Assembly (NCBI GenBank): GCA_965657665.1
Contig: CBFHPF010000001.1
Span: 1 to 48,479 of the forward strand
Length of the DNA: 48,479 nt
Direction: 5' to 3'
Source: Alphaproteobacteria bacterium
Lineage (GTDB): Bacteria; Pseudomonadota; Alphaproteobacteria; RS24
The notes under the pieces are model-generated. The model was not told where the DNA came from and made no database searches. It saw only the letters and a list, made by a program, of their open reading frames with translations. Numbering within the stretch: the first letter of the stretch is position 1; every line of letters starts with the position of its first letter. Below are positions 38,390 through 47,719 of this stretch, in pieces. The translations under genes were made by a program, and so were the position numbers.

Positions 38390-39163
38390 CTATATTTTGG
38401 GGGACCCTATTTTAGGAGACCCTATTTTAGGAGACCCTATTTTAGGAGATAGGGCCGGACGCGGCACACCGACCGAGCCGCGCGCGCGGGCGCGCCTGGC
38501 CTTTTCAACCGATAAAGGCGCCGGCACTTGTTTTACCGCTTCGATCAACCATAAGCCGCCCAATTGCGGCGCGACAACAGACAGACCGCGCTCTAGCCAA
38601 GCCAGACGCGCCATTAAAGAAGACGGCATATGCGGCGGCATCATGAGAGCCGGGCGCATGCGCGCGGGCACAAATCCGGTGCGCTGCAAAATCTGTCGCA
38701 ATTGACCACCTGAAAAAGGTCTTCCGGCCCCAAACGGGGTTTTATCGCGCCGCGCCCATAGACCGCGCCGATTGGGCACAATAAACAATGCACGACCATT
38801 CGGCCGCAAGACACGCCAAGCCTCATCGAGCACGAGCTCTACCTGATTGGCGGCCTCTAGCCCATGCAGCACAAGCAGCCTGTTGACGCTGTCATCGCGC
38901 ACCGGCCAATGGCATTCATCGGTTAACACAGCCGGCGGCGCGTCGGGTTGCGCCATCACGCCTTGCTGCGACGGCATAAGCAAATGCCAATCCGCCATAG
39001 GCCATAAATCAACCAAGGGGGTCGTATAGCCATACCCAAGCACCACATCATCGTGGCGCGCTGACGGCCAGATGCGGTTTATCGTATCGCCCAGCCTATG
39101 CTGCACAAGCGCGCCCAATGGGGAGGCATAAAACGCTGCCAGATCATCAATATCGACTATCAA
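38390..39163 (-). CDS. Class I SAM-dependent methyltransferase-like protein (YafS-type)
   Basis: D..DL..FY.SPLG, LGYGY.TP, HGLE, PNRRGLWAR...TPFG.GRPF; divergent from gloB; probable TTG start. Confidence 0.85.
   Translation of the reverse strand: MIVDIDDLAAFYASPLGALVQHRLGDTINRIWPSARHDDVVLGYGYTTPLVDLWPMADWHLLMPSQQGVMAQPDAPPAVLTDECHWPVRDDSVNRLLVLHGLEAANQVELVLDEAWRVLRPNGRALFIVPNRRGLWARRDKTPFGAGRPFSGGQLRQILQRTGFVPARMRPALMMPPHMPSSLMARLAWLERGLSVVAPQLGGLWLIEAVKQVPAPLSVEKARRARARGSVGVPRPALSPKIGSPKIGSPKIGSPKI
38393..38449. repeat. 15-bp tandem repeat (SPKIG x3-4 at the methyltransferase C-terminus)
   Basis: gaccctattttagga at 38403, 38418 and 38433, plus a degenerate copy. Confidence 0.92.
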
Positions 39164-39245
39164 TTTTCTCTCGACCGATTTCGCTCTATACTGTCTTCTA
39201 ACGAGACTAACTATTGGCACACAGCATTCACATTGCAAGGAGCGG

Positions 39246-40013
39246 ATGATGGCGGCTTTGGAAATTTTTCAATTTTCGTGTTTGAGCGATAATTACGGCT
39301 ATTTGGTGCATGACCCTGAAAGCGGCGAGACCGCATGCATTGACACGCCGGAAACCAAACCGATTTTGGCAGCTCTTCAAGAAACCGGTTGGCAATTAAC
39401 GCAAATTTGGAACACCCATCACCATTTCGACCATGCCGGTAATAACCTTGAGATTAAACAAAAAACCGGCTGCACAATCACCGGTCCAGCTGGTGAGGCC
39501 GATAAAATTCCGGGTCTTGACCGCGCTGTTGATGATGGTGACACGGTGATGCTGGGCCGCCATGAGGCGCATGTATTGAATGTTAGCGGGCATACGCTGG
39601 GGCATATTGCGTTTCATATGGATGGCCATGCTTTTGTCGGTGACAGCCTGTTTGCCTTAGGGTGCGGGCGGGTGTTTGAAGGCACAATGGCGCAAATGTG
39701 GGCCAGTTTGGAAAAGCTCAATGCCTTGCCCGACGGCACAAAAATTTATTGCGCCCATGAATATACCGCAGCCAATGCAGCTTTCGCCGTGACCATCGAC
39801 CCCGATAATGCCGCGCTTCAAAAACGCGTGGCTGAGATTGAGGCATTGCGCGCCGCCAATAAACCGACTGTGCCGACCGAGATTACGCTTGAGCGAGCGA
39901 CCAATCCGTTTTTGCGCGCCGGTGATGCGTCCGTGCAAGCGCATTTAGGCATGAGCGGTGCGGCAGACGTTGATGTGTTTAGCGAGATACGCAGCCGCAA
40001 GGATAATTTTTAA
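39246..40013 (+). CDS. gloB: Hydroxyacylglutathione hydrolase (glyoxalase II)
   Basis: DNYGYL, THHHFDH, GHT.GHI, GD.LF..GCGR.FEG, CAHEYT, E..TNPFLR. Confidence 0.95.
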   Translation: MMAALEIFQFSCLSDNYGYLVHDPESGETACIDTPETKPILAALQETGWQLTQIWNTHHHFDHAGNNLEIKQKTGCTITGPAGEADKIPGLDRAVDDGDTVMLGRHEAHVLNVSGHTLGHIAFHMDGHAFVGDSLFALGCGRVFEGTMAQMWASLEKLNALPDGTKIYCAHEYTAANAAFAVTIDPDNAALQKRVAEIEALRAANKPTVPTEITLERATNPFLRAGDASVQAHLGMSGAADVDVFSEIRSRKDNF

Positions 40014-40426
40014 TGTCCGAAAATCCGGCCGCATTAGACAAGCTCAGCTTTGAGGATTTATGCGCGCGGTTTCACTTGCAGCCGCATGAAGATGGCAGTT
40101 GGCAACATGCCGCCAGCGACACGCATGGTCGCCTCATCGCCTTGCCGGTCGGGGAAATTTTGCCTTGGCAAAAATGCGCCGCGCCATTGATGATACGCCA
40201 TATTGCCGGCGCGCCGCTCGCCTTGTCGCGCTCGCCCGATGGTCATAGCGCCGATGCGGTGCATTTGCAGAACGGCACGAGCGGCGAAATTGCCGCCGAT
40301 TGCTGGCATACGGCAGAAAGCCTCGGTCATTGGAGCCTGTTTGATATTACCGGAGAGGGCGACTATGAGCGCGCCGCCGATGACTGGTTTCCGACCCCAA
40401 TGGCGAAGCCGCAAGGTATGTCGTGA
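40013..40426 (+). CDS. Divergent cupin_5/DUF985-like protein
   Basis: LQPHEDG.W, AGAPL.L, W.TAESLG.WSL; usual position after gloB, but the core looks eroded. Confidence 0.6.
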   Translation: MSENPAALDKLSFEDLCARFHLQPHEDGSWQHAASDTHGRLIALPVGEILPWQKCAAPLMIRHIAGAPLALSRSPDGHSADAVHLQNGTSGEIAADCWHTAESLGHWSLFDITGEGDYERAADDWFPTPMAKPQGMS

Positions 40427-41925
40427 GCATGAGCGCAAAAACACACACCCAAGAGCCGTTGCGCTTTGTTCATCCCAATGGGCCGATTGTCGAAGAAATC
40501 GACTGGGTGGATGCCGAGGCGGTTTTCTTACCGCTGGCTGACACGGCAGGCGCTCTATGGCTGGATAGCAGCGATACGGCGCATCACGCAGCGCATTACA
40601 GCTTCATCGCCATTGCGCCCTATCAGACAATCCAAACAGCCGACCGCGACGCGCGAAAAGGCTTTGCCGAACTGGCAGCGGCGTTGCACCCGCATACTGA
40701 TTTATGGCACGGCTTGCCGCCTGAGATTGACGCAATTGTGCCGCCATGGCGCGGCGGCGCGGCTGGTTTATTTGGCTATGATTTGGCTTATGGATTAGAA
40801 GATGGATTAGAGGATGGATTGGAAGACGGCTTAAAAGATGAGCCGAAAGATTCCGCGGAAAACTTGCCAGCCATGGTGCAAGGACTTTACGCCACTGTGC
40901 TGGCTTTCGACCATCGCGCCCAACGGCTTTTCATCATTGCCACGGGCTTGCCAGAAACAAGCCCTGCCGCGCGCAGCGACGCGGCGCATCGCGCCATTGA
41001 AGAGTGGAAAAAACGCCTCATAGGTGTGCCGTCCAACACTTTGCCCGCACCGCCCGAAGCGCCAGTCATTGGCGCATTAAGCAGTAATTTTTCGCGCGCC
41101 GAATATTGCGATGCCGTCGCTCAAACCGTTGAGGCGATTTTGGCAGGCGATATTTTTCAGGCCAATTTAACCCAATGTTTTAAAGCCCAGTTAAATGAGA
41201 AAGACACGGCGCTGGCTTTTTATCGCCGGTTGCGCCGCGCCGGACCGGCACCTTTTGCGGCTTTTTGTCGGTTTGAGGATTTCGCTTTGGCATGCGCCTC
41301 GCCGGAGCGGTTTTTACAAGCGCGAGACGCAATTATTGAAACCAGACCGATTAAGGGCACAGCACCGCGCGACACCAACGCTGAAATTGATGCCGCCAAT
41401 GCTGCGGCATTACTGGCGAGCGAAAAAAATCGCGCCGAAAATGTGATGATTGTCGATTTATTGCGCAATGATTTGGCGAAAAGCTGTATCGACCATTCGA
41501 TAAAAGTACCGGAACTTTGTCGGCTGGAAAGCTTTTCCAATGTGCATCATCTCGTCTCGACTGTGCAGGGCAAATTGGCGGAAAACAAAACCGCCTTGGA
41601 TGCGTTGCAAGCGGCTTTTCCGGGCGGCTCGATTACCGGTGCGCCAAAAATTCGTGCCATGCAGCATATTGCCAGCCTAGAAAATTGCCCCCGCGGGCCA
41701 AGCTATGGCGCGATTGGTTGGCTCGGCTTTGACGGCAATATGGACACGAATATAATCATCCGCACCGCCATTATTAAACAACAGGCTTTGCGCTTTCATG
41801 TCGGCGGCGGCATTGTTGCCGACAGCCAACCCCAAGCCGAATATGATGAAAGCCTCAATAAGGCACGCGGCTTGCTCGCCGCGCTGGGTCTCAGCACAAA
41901 AGCCGCCCGCAGCGAAGTGGCATAA
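40423..41925 (+). CDS. pabB: Aminodeoxychorismate synthase component I
   Basis: GDIFQANL, SPERF, TRPIKGT, K.RAENVMIVDLLRND, FPGGSITGAPK. Confidence 0.88.
   Translation: MSMSAKTHTQEPLRFVHPNGPIVEEIDWVDAEAVFLPLADTAGALWLDSSDTAHHAAHYSFIAIAPYQTIQTADRDARKGFAELAAALHPHTDLWHGLPPEIDAIVPPWRGGAAGLFGYDLAYGLEDGLEDGLEDGLKDEPKDSAENLPAMVQGLYATVLAFDHRAQRLFIIATGLPETSPAARSDAAHRAIEEWKKRLIGVPSNTLPAPPEAPVIGALSSNFSRAEYCDAVAQTVEAILAGDIFQANLTQCFKAQLNEKDTALAFYRRLRRAGPAPFAAFCRFEDFALACASPERFLQARDAIIETRPIKGTAPRDTNAEIDAANAAALLASEKNRAENVMIVDLLRNDLAKSCIDHSIKVPELCRLESFSNVHHLVSTVQGKLAENKTALDALQAAFPGGSITGAPKIRAMQHIASLENCPRGPSYGAIGWLGFDGNMDTNIIIRTAIIKQQALRFHVGGGIVADSQPQAEYDESLNKARGLLAALGLSTKAARSEVA
40792..40839 (+). repeat. 12-bp in-frame repeat (GLED x3, GLKD) within pabB
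   Basis: ggattagaagat ggattagaggat ggattggaagac ggcttaaaagat. Confidence 0.85.
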
Positions 41926-41930
41926 GCGCC

Positions 41931-42503
41931 ATGATTGTGGTGATTGACCATTTTGACAGCTTTGTCGAAACGCTGGCGCGCTATGTGCGCGAAGCCGGAT
42001 TTAAGACACGGGTGATGCGCCAGACTGTGAGCATCGATGATGTGCTGCGCGAAAAGCCACAAGCGATTATTTTATCCCCCGGCCCGGGACGACCCGAGAC
42101 AACCGGCGTGACGCTGGACCTATTGGCGGGCTTGCCGGAGGATATTCCGGTTTTAGGTATTTGCTTAGGGCATCAAACCTTGGCGCATTATCTCGGCGGC
42201 ACAGTTGCCCGCGCGCGCGAGCCGCGCCACGGTAAGCCGTCACCGCTTATGCATAGCGGGCATTTTTTATTTAACGGCATTCACAGCCCGTTTGAGGCGG
42301 GCCGCTATCATGCGCTGATTGTTGACACCATGCCGCCAAATTGTGTTGAGATTGCTTGCAGTGCTTTGGGCGAAAATATGGGTTTAGCGCATGAAACGCG
42401 GCGTCTTTACGGGCTGCAATTTCACCCCGAGTCGATTTTAACGCCCGATGGCCGCACCATGATTGAAAACTTTCTCGGCGGCGTTACGCCACAAGATGCG
42501 TGA
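41931..42503 (+). CDS. pabA: Glutamine amidotransferase, ADC/anthranilate synthase component II
   Basis: IDHFDSF, LSPGPG.P, GICLGHQ, RYH.L, QFHPESI. Confidence 0.88.
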   Translation: MIVVIDHFDSFVETLARYVREAGFKTRVMRQTVSIDDVLREKPQAIILSPGPGRPETTGVTLDLLAGLPEDIPVLGICLGHQTLAHYLGGTVARAREPRHGKPSPLMHSGHFLFNGIHSPFEAGRYHALIVDTMPPNCVEIACSALGENMGLAHETRRLYGLQFHPESILTPDGRTMIENFLGGVTPQDA

Positions 42504-42525
42504 GGGTTATTGAGGATTAGTGAGG

Positions 42526-43374
42526 ATGACAGGCAAACATATGATTTGGCTGAACGGCGATATCACACCGGCCGAAGGGGCAATATCAGCCAATGATCGC
42601 GGGCTGCTGCTGGGTGAGGCGGTGTTTGAAACCATACAAGTCAAAAACGCCGTGCCGCAATTTTGGACCGCACATCTGGCGCGCCTGCGCGAAGCTTGCG
42701 ATGCGTTTTACCTCAAGCAAGACTATACGGATGACGCATTGCGCGAAGCCGCCGCCGCTCTTTTAGCAGCGCATGATAATCCGGCACACGCCATATTGCG
42801 CCTTACTGTCACCGGCGGGCCTGGCGGACGCGGTTTGGTCGCGCAATCTGCCGATACGCCGACTGTGCTGATGCAAGTTTCTGACAAGCCAGCTGTGCCT
42901 GAAGCCTTATCGCTGTATGTCGGCGACATGGTGCGCCTTGCCGGAGCGCCGACCATGGCGCATAAATCAACCGCCTATCTGGGTAATATTTTAGCGCGCC
43001 GACAAGCAATTGAAGCCGGTGCTGATGAGGCGTTGATGCTCAATCAATTTGGCCGTATCGCATGCGCAGCCAGCGGCACGATTTATCTGCAACACGGCCA
43101 CCGCCTGCTGACCCCGCCGGTTAGCGAGGGCGCTTTGCCGGGCATTATTCGCGCCGCATTATTGCAGCTTGGCGAAATTGCCGGTTTGCGCATTAGTGAA
43201 GGATTGATTGAGCCGGACAATTTGGCGTCGGCTGATGGCATGTTTATCAGCAATAGTGTGCTGGAAATTGTGCCCGCCTATTTAAATAACCACATCGCCG
43301 ATGCGGCGCTTGAGGCACAAAAAAAGCAGGGCCGCGCTATGCGCAATGCCCTGCCTCAATTTGCTAAATTTTAA
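42526..43374 (+). CDS. pabC: Class IV PLP enzyme, probably aminodeoxychorismate lyase; start uncertain (42520/42526/42541)
   Basis: DRGLLLG..VFET, HL.RL, HKS..Y, LTPP...G.LPGI.R; follows pabB-pabA. Confidence 0.75.
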   Translation: MTGKHMIWLNGDITPAEGAISANDRGLLLGEAVFETIQVKNAVPQFWTAHLARLREACDAFYLKQDYTDDALREAAAALLAAHDNPAHAILRLTVTGGPGGRGLVAQSADTPTVLMQVSDKPAVPEALSLYVGDMVRLAGAPTMAHKSTAYLGNILARRQAIEAGADEALMLNQFGRIACAASGTIYLQHGHRLLTPPVSEGALPGIIRAALLQLGEIAGLRISEGLIEPDNLASADGMFISNSVLEIVPAYLNNHIADAALEAQKKQGRAMRNALPQFAKF

Positions 43375-43389
43375 GCTCGAAATCTAAAC

Positions 43390-43569
43390 TTAATCTTTCG
43401 GCTCAAGCACCTGACGGCCACGATACATACCGCTTTTCAAATCGATATGGTGGCGACGATGCAATTCCCCGCTATCAGGGTTTTCGACATAATTCGTCGC
43501 GCTCAACGCATCGGCAGAGCGGCGCATACCGCGCTTGGACGGGGTGGTTTTTCGCTTCGGAACAGCCAT
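43390..43569 (-). CDS. rpmF: 50S ribosomal protein L32
   Basis: [18 protein letters not shown]...HH....G.YRGRQVL; SD ggag. Confidence 0.97.
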   Translation of the reverse strand: MAVPKRKTTPSKRGMRRSADALSATNYVENPDSGELHRRHHIDLKSGMYRGRQVLEPKD

Positions 43570-43602
43570 CGCGCTTCTCCAGTTAAACTCAAAGTGTGGC
43601 GC

Positions 43603-43631
43603 GTTATACGCCACAAAAAGACCGGCGTAAA
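43603..43631 (-). promoter_or_regulatory. Putative rpmF promoter
   Basis: Minus strand TTTACG-17 nt-TATAAC; the -10 lies in the loop of the inverted repeat tgtggcg-N7-cgccaca. Confidence 0.5.
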
Positions 43632-43638
43632 GGGCAAT

Positions 43639-44775
43639 TTAGCGTTTTGAAATACGCCATAATTTGCCGTTCTCGCCTTCCGATAAAATATACAGCGCGC
43701 CATCAGGGCCGGTACGAATATCGCGCGGGCGGTCACCTATTTCACCAAACAGATTTTGCGTGCCGATAACCGCACCATTTTCCATATCAAGACGGACAAT
43801 ATTTTGGTCAATCAGCGCGGTTACGAAAATGTCACCCTGCCAATCAGCAAACATATCGCCGCGATAAACCGTCATGCCAGATGGGCCGATAGACGGGGTC
43901 CAATATTTCAGCGGCTGCACTGTGCCCGGATAAGTTTCATAAGGGCTGATGCGGGCACCTGAATAATCAATGCCGTAAGTGGCAATCGGCCAACCGTAAT
44001 TATTGCCCGCTTCAATCAGATTGACCTCATCACCGCCGCGCGGGCCATGCTCGCTGGCGTAAATCTTTTTATCGACCGGGTCATAGGCAATCGATTGCGG
44101 ATTGCGATGGCCGATAGAAAAAATCTCCGGTTGCGCGCTGTCATCATCAACAAACGGATTATCGCTCGGCACTTTGCCGCTATCGGTCACCCGCACAATC
44201 GAGCCGAAATGATTGGCTTTCACTTGCGCTTGCTCGCGCAAATCAAAACCATCGCCGACCGTAATCAGCAAACTCATATCGGGCAGAAAACTCATGCGCG
44301 CGCCATAATGCACCAGCCCGCGCTTTTTCGGCGCGGCTTCAAAAACCGTGCTGATATTTTCTAGCGCATCACCGGTAAAACGTCCGCGCACAACCCGCAG
44401 CGCGCTGGCCTCCGCCGTGCCGACTGACATAGACAGATACACCAAACGATTGCGCTCAAATTGCGGATGCAACGCAATATCCATCAATCCGCCTTGGCCG
44501 CCATAAGTGCTGGCCGGCACATTGGCCACCGGCTCAACCACCAGCTTGCCATTGCGGATGACGCGCAAATCACCGGTCAATTCGGTAACCAGCATGTCAC
44601 CACCAGGCAAAAACGCCAATCCCCACGGCATATCAAAACCGTCAACCAGCTCTTCAAGCCGATAATCCTGCGCTTCGACCGCATAAAGAGGGGTTGTCAA
44701 AGCCAACACCAAAGCGGTACCCGCCAATTTGGCACTCAATTGCGCGTAGATATTTTTAATGGATGAAACCAGCAT
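43639..44775 (-). CDS. PQQ-dependent soluble aldose sugar dehydrogenase (YliI/Asd-like)
   Basis: Signal peptide; PWGLAFLP, GQGGLMD, HYG, GHRNPQ, EHGPRGGDE.N, NYGWP, R.RD..GPDG. Confidence 0.92.
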   Translation of the reverse strand: MLVSSIKNIYAQLSAKLAGTALVLALTTPLYAVEAQDYRLEELVDGFDMPWGLAFLPGGDMLVTELTGDLRVIRNGKLVVEPVANVPASTYGGQGGLMDIALHPQFERNRLVYLSMSVGTAEASALRVVRGRFTGDALENISTVFEAAPKKRGLVHYGARMSFLPDMSLLITVGDGFDLREQAQVKANHFGSIVRVTDSGKVPSDNPFVDDDSAQPEIFSIGHRNPQSIAYDPVDKKIYASEHGPRGGDEVNLIEAGNNYGWPIATYGIDYSGARISPYETYPGTVQPLKYWTPSIGPSGMTVYRGDMFADWQGDIFVTALIDQNIVRLDMENGAVIGTQNLFGEIGDRPRDIRTGPDGALYILSEGENGKLWRISKR

Positions 44776-44880
44776 CCGTGTCTCCCTGTCTGTTTGTGCA
44801 CATCATATGAGCTTTGGCGACAGTTGCAATAACCGCTTTGCTTCTTCTATAAAGAGATACCGTTTTGGGAGGACAGGATT

Positions 44881-45357
44881 ATGGGCAAATTTTTGCCACG
44901 CCGCGCAGATGTTTTGGGCTTCATTGTTGCTTTGTTGGTGCTGAATATTATCGGCGTCATTGTGTCGACACAGTTCAATCTCAGCCATTTATTGGCGCTT
45001 GGCATCGACGTGCCGTTTAGCGTGCGCCTGACCACCACATTGCACGATATTGTTTATATGCAGCCGCTATTTGGCGTGATTTTCGGTATTGGACTTTTAA
45101 TCGCCATGATTGTCGGCCATTTCATTGCCAAGCTGGTAAAAATATTGCCCGATTTGGTTTTCGCCTTGGCTGGATTTGCGGCCATTGGCGTAACATTATT
45201 TGCCCTGAAAGCGGCTTTTCAAATCACTGCCATTGGCGCAACCCGTGAATGGGAAGGCTTTTTGAGCTTGTGCTTGGTCGGCGCCCTTTCGGGCTTTGCT
45301 TATTCGGCCGCCTCGGCGCGTATTTATGCCCGACAAGCCCGCCTATCAAACAAATAG
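44881..45357 (+). CDS. Hypothetical integral membrane protein (about 4 TM)
   Basis: Four hydrophobic segments; SD-like ggagga/agga upstream; ends just before a terminator. Confidence 0.75.
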   Translation: MGKFLPRRADVLGFIVALLVLNIIGVIVSTQFNLSHLLALGIDVPFSVRLTTTLHDIVYMQPLFGVIFGIGLLIAMIVGHFIAKLVKILPDLVFALAGFAAIGVTLFALKAAFQITAIGATREWEGFLSLCLVGALSGFAYSAASARIYARQARLSNK

Positions 45358-45363
45358 CAACCC

Positions 45364-45393
45364 AAAAAAAAGCCCCGCCAAAGCGGGGCTTTT
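45364..45393. terminator. Bidirectional intrinsic terminator
   Basis: aaaaaaaagccccgc-caaa-gcggggctttt between convergent genes. Confidence 0.9.
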
Positions 45394-45417
45394 AAAATGG
45401 CTTGATATGAAGCGCGT

Positions 45418-47589
45418 TTATTGCGCCGCTTTATATTCCAGACGACGCTGGTGCAATAGCGGCTCGGTATAACCTGATGGCTGCGCGCGGCCTTTGAACA
45501 CCAAATCGCAAGCCGCAGCAAAAGCAATCGAACTATCGAAATTGCCGTCCATCGCGGTATATTCGCTATCGCCTGCATTTTGCCCGTCTACCACAGCCGC
45601 CATGCGCTTCATGGTTTCCATCACTTGCTCTTCAGTGCAAATGCCGTGATGCAGCCAATTGGCGATATGCTGGCTGGAAATACGCAATGTGGCGCGGTCT
45701 TCCATCAGGCCGACATTGTGAATATCAGGCACTTTTGAACAACCAACACCTTGGTCAATCCAGCGCACCACATAACCCAAAATGCCTTGCGCATTATTAT
45801 CGAGCTCTTGTTGCACATCTTCCGGCGACCATTGCGGATGGCTTTCAACCGGCATGGAGAGGATTTTATCCAAAGAGGCGCGTTGGCGCGACTTCAGTTC
45901 ATTTTGCACATCCTCAACATTCACCTGATGATAATGGATAGCGTGCAAAGTCGCGGCTGTCGGTGACGGCGCCCATGCGCAATCGGCACCAGCTTTCGGC
46001 TGACCGATTTTTTGCTCAATCATCGCCGCCATCAAATCCGGCATGGCCCACATGCCCTTACCGATTTGCGCGCGCCCTTGCAGACCACAGGCCAAACCGA
46101 TATCGACATTCCAATCTTCATAGGTCAAAAGCCAATCCGTGGTTTTCATATCAGCTTTGCGCAGCATCGGGCCCATTTCCATCGAGGTGTGAATCTCATC
46201 ACCCGTGCGGTCCAGAAAACCGGTATTGATGAAAATAACGCGGCTTTTGGCGGCGCGAATGCATTCTTTCAGATTAACCGTCGTGCGACGCTCTTCGTCC
46301 ATAATGCCCATTTTCATGGTCAGTGCCGGTAGGTTAAGCGCTTTTTCAACCGCGCCGAACAGCGCATCAGCGAAAGCCACTTCTTCCGGCCCGTGCATTT
46401 TCGGCTTCACAATATAAACCGAACCGGCTTTGGAGTTTTTCAACGCCGCATCCGATTTCATCAAATCATGCTTGGCCAGCAAACCGGTCATCACCGCATC
46501 CATAATGCCTTCAGGAATTTCATCACCGCGATCATCCAAAACAGCCGGATTGGTCATTAAGTGACCGACATTGCGAATGAGCATGACAGATAGGCCGGGC
46601 AAAGTCAGCGTGTCGCCATTGCCGGTGACATAGTCACGATTGGCACTCAGCGAACGGGTCATTTGCTTGCCGCCTTTTTCCATTGTAACCGACAAGTCGC
46701 GGCGCATCAGACCCAGCAAATTGCGATAGGCTTCAACCTTGTCTTCGGCATCCACGGCAGCGACCGAATCTTCGCAATCCATAATGGTCGTCACAGCGCT
46801 TTCCAAAAACACATCAGCGACATGAGCCGGGTCATCTTTGCCGATATTATGCGCAGCGTTAATCCAAATCTCGGCATGCAAATCATTGTTTTTCAGCAAA
46901 ACCGCTTCCGGCGCATCAGCCGCACCGCGATAACCGGCAAATTTTTCGCCCGCCTGCAAATGCGCCTCGCCGCCATCATGAGCCGCCACCAGCGCGCCAT
47001 CTACTACTTTATACTGACGCACATCGGCGTGGCTCACGCCGTTAAGCGGGGCAATTTCGTCCAACAAAGCTTTAGCGCGGCGAATAACTTCGGCCCCGCG
47101 CACCGGATTATAAGCACCGGCCGGTGATAACTCGCCCGACTGGTCAATCGCATCCGTGCCGTAAAACGCATCATAAAGTGAGCCCCAACGCGCATTGGCC
47201 GCATTGACGGCGAAGCGGGCATTTTTGACCGGCACAACCAATTGCGGACCGGCGATTTTGGCAATCTCATCATCCACATTGGCGGTATCAATTGAAAACG
47301 CATCGCCTTCAGGCACCAGATAACCGATATCGCTCAAAAACGCTTTATAAGCGGCGGCATCATGCGGTTGGCCTTTGCGCTCGCGGTGCCAGGCATCGAT
47401 TTGCGCTTGTAAGTCTTCGCGCTTGGCAAGCAGGGCTTTATTGGTGTCGCGATGAGCGTTCAGCACGTCAGCGCAAGCGGCCCAGAATTGTTCGGCGGTT
47501 ACGTCCGTGCCTTGCACGGCTTCATTGGCAACAAAATCAGCCAGTTCTTTATCAACTTTCAAACCGGACAGTTCAACGCGTTCACTCAT
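45418..47589 (-). CDS. glcB: Malate synthase G
   Basis: [65 protein letters not shown]; SD ggag before ATG 47589. Confidence 0.97.
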   Translation of the reverse strand: MSERVELSGLKVDKELADFVANEAVQGTDVTAEQFWAACADVLNAHRDTNKALLAKREDLQAQIDAWHRERKGQPHDAAAYKAFLSDIGYLVPEGDAFSIDTANVDDEIAKIAGPQLVVPVKNARFAVNAANARWGSLYDAFYGTDAIDQSGELSPAGAYNPVRGAEVIRRAKALLDEIAPLNGVSHADVRQYKVVDGALVAAHDGGEAHLQAGEKFAGYRGAADAPEAVLLKNNDLHAEIWINAAHNIGKDDPAHVADVFLESAVTTIMDCEDSVAAVDAEDKVEAYRNLLGLMRRDLSVTMEKGGKQMTRSLSANRDYVTGNGDTLTLPGLSVMLIRNVGHLMTNPAVLDDRGDEIPEGIMDAVMTGLLAKHDLMKSDAALKNSKAGSVYIVKPKMHGPEEVAFADALFGAVEKALNLPALTMKMGIMDEERRTTVNLKECIRAAKSRVIFINTGFLDRTGDEIHTSMEMGPMLRKADMKTTDWLLTYEDWNVDIGLACGLQGRAQIGKGMWAMPDLMAAMIEQKIGQPKAGADCAWAPSPTAATLHAIHYHQVNVEDVQNELKSRQRASLDKILSMPVESHPQWSPEDVQQELDNNAQGILGYVVRWIDQGVGCSKVPDIHNVGLMEDRATLRISSQHIANWLHHGICTEEQVMETMKRMAAVVDGQNAGDSEYTAMDGNFDSSIAFAAACDLVFKGRAQPSGYTEPLLHQRRLEYKAAQ

Positions 47590-47719
47590 TTTGCACTCCA
47601 TTATGACGATCCCAAGAATTGGGTAGTAATCTTGACCGCAAACTAGTAGTTTTTGCCGCAAGCCTCAATGGCTGAGCCGAATTATTAACAAATAGAATTA
47701 CCAGCGAGTTGAACACATT

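Noticed and set aside
47590-47719. Glycine riboswitch ahead of glcB, as described in SAR11
   Set aside because: No GGAGA/CCGAAG/CTCTCAGG aptamer hallmarks on the minus strand, and the predicted leader is too short.
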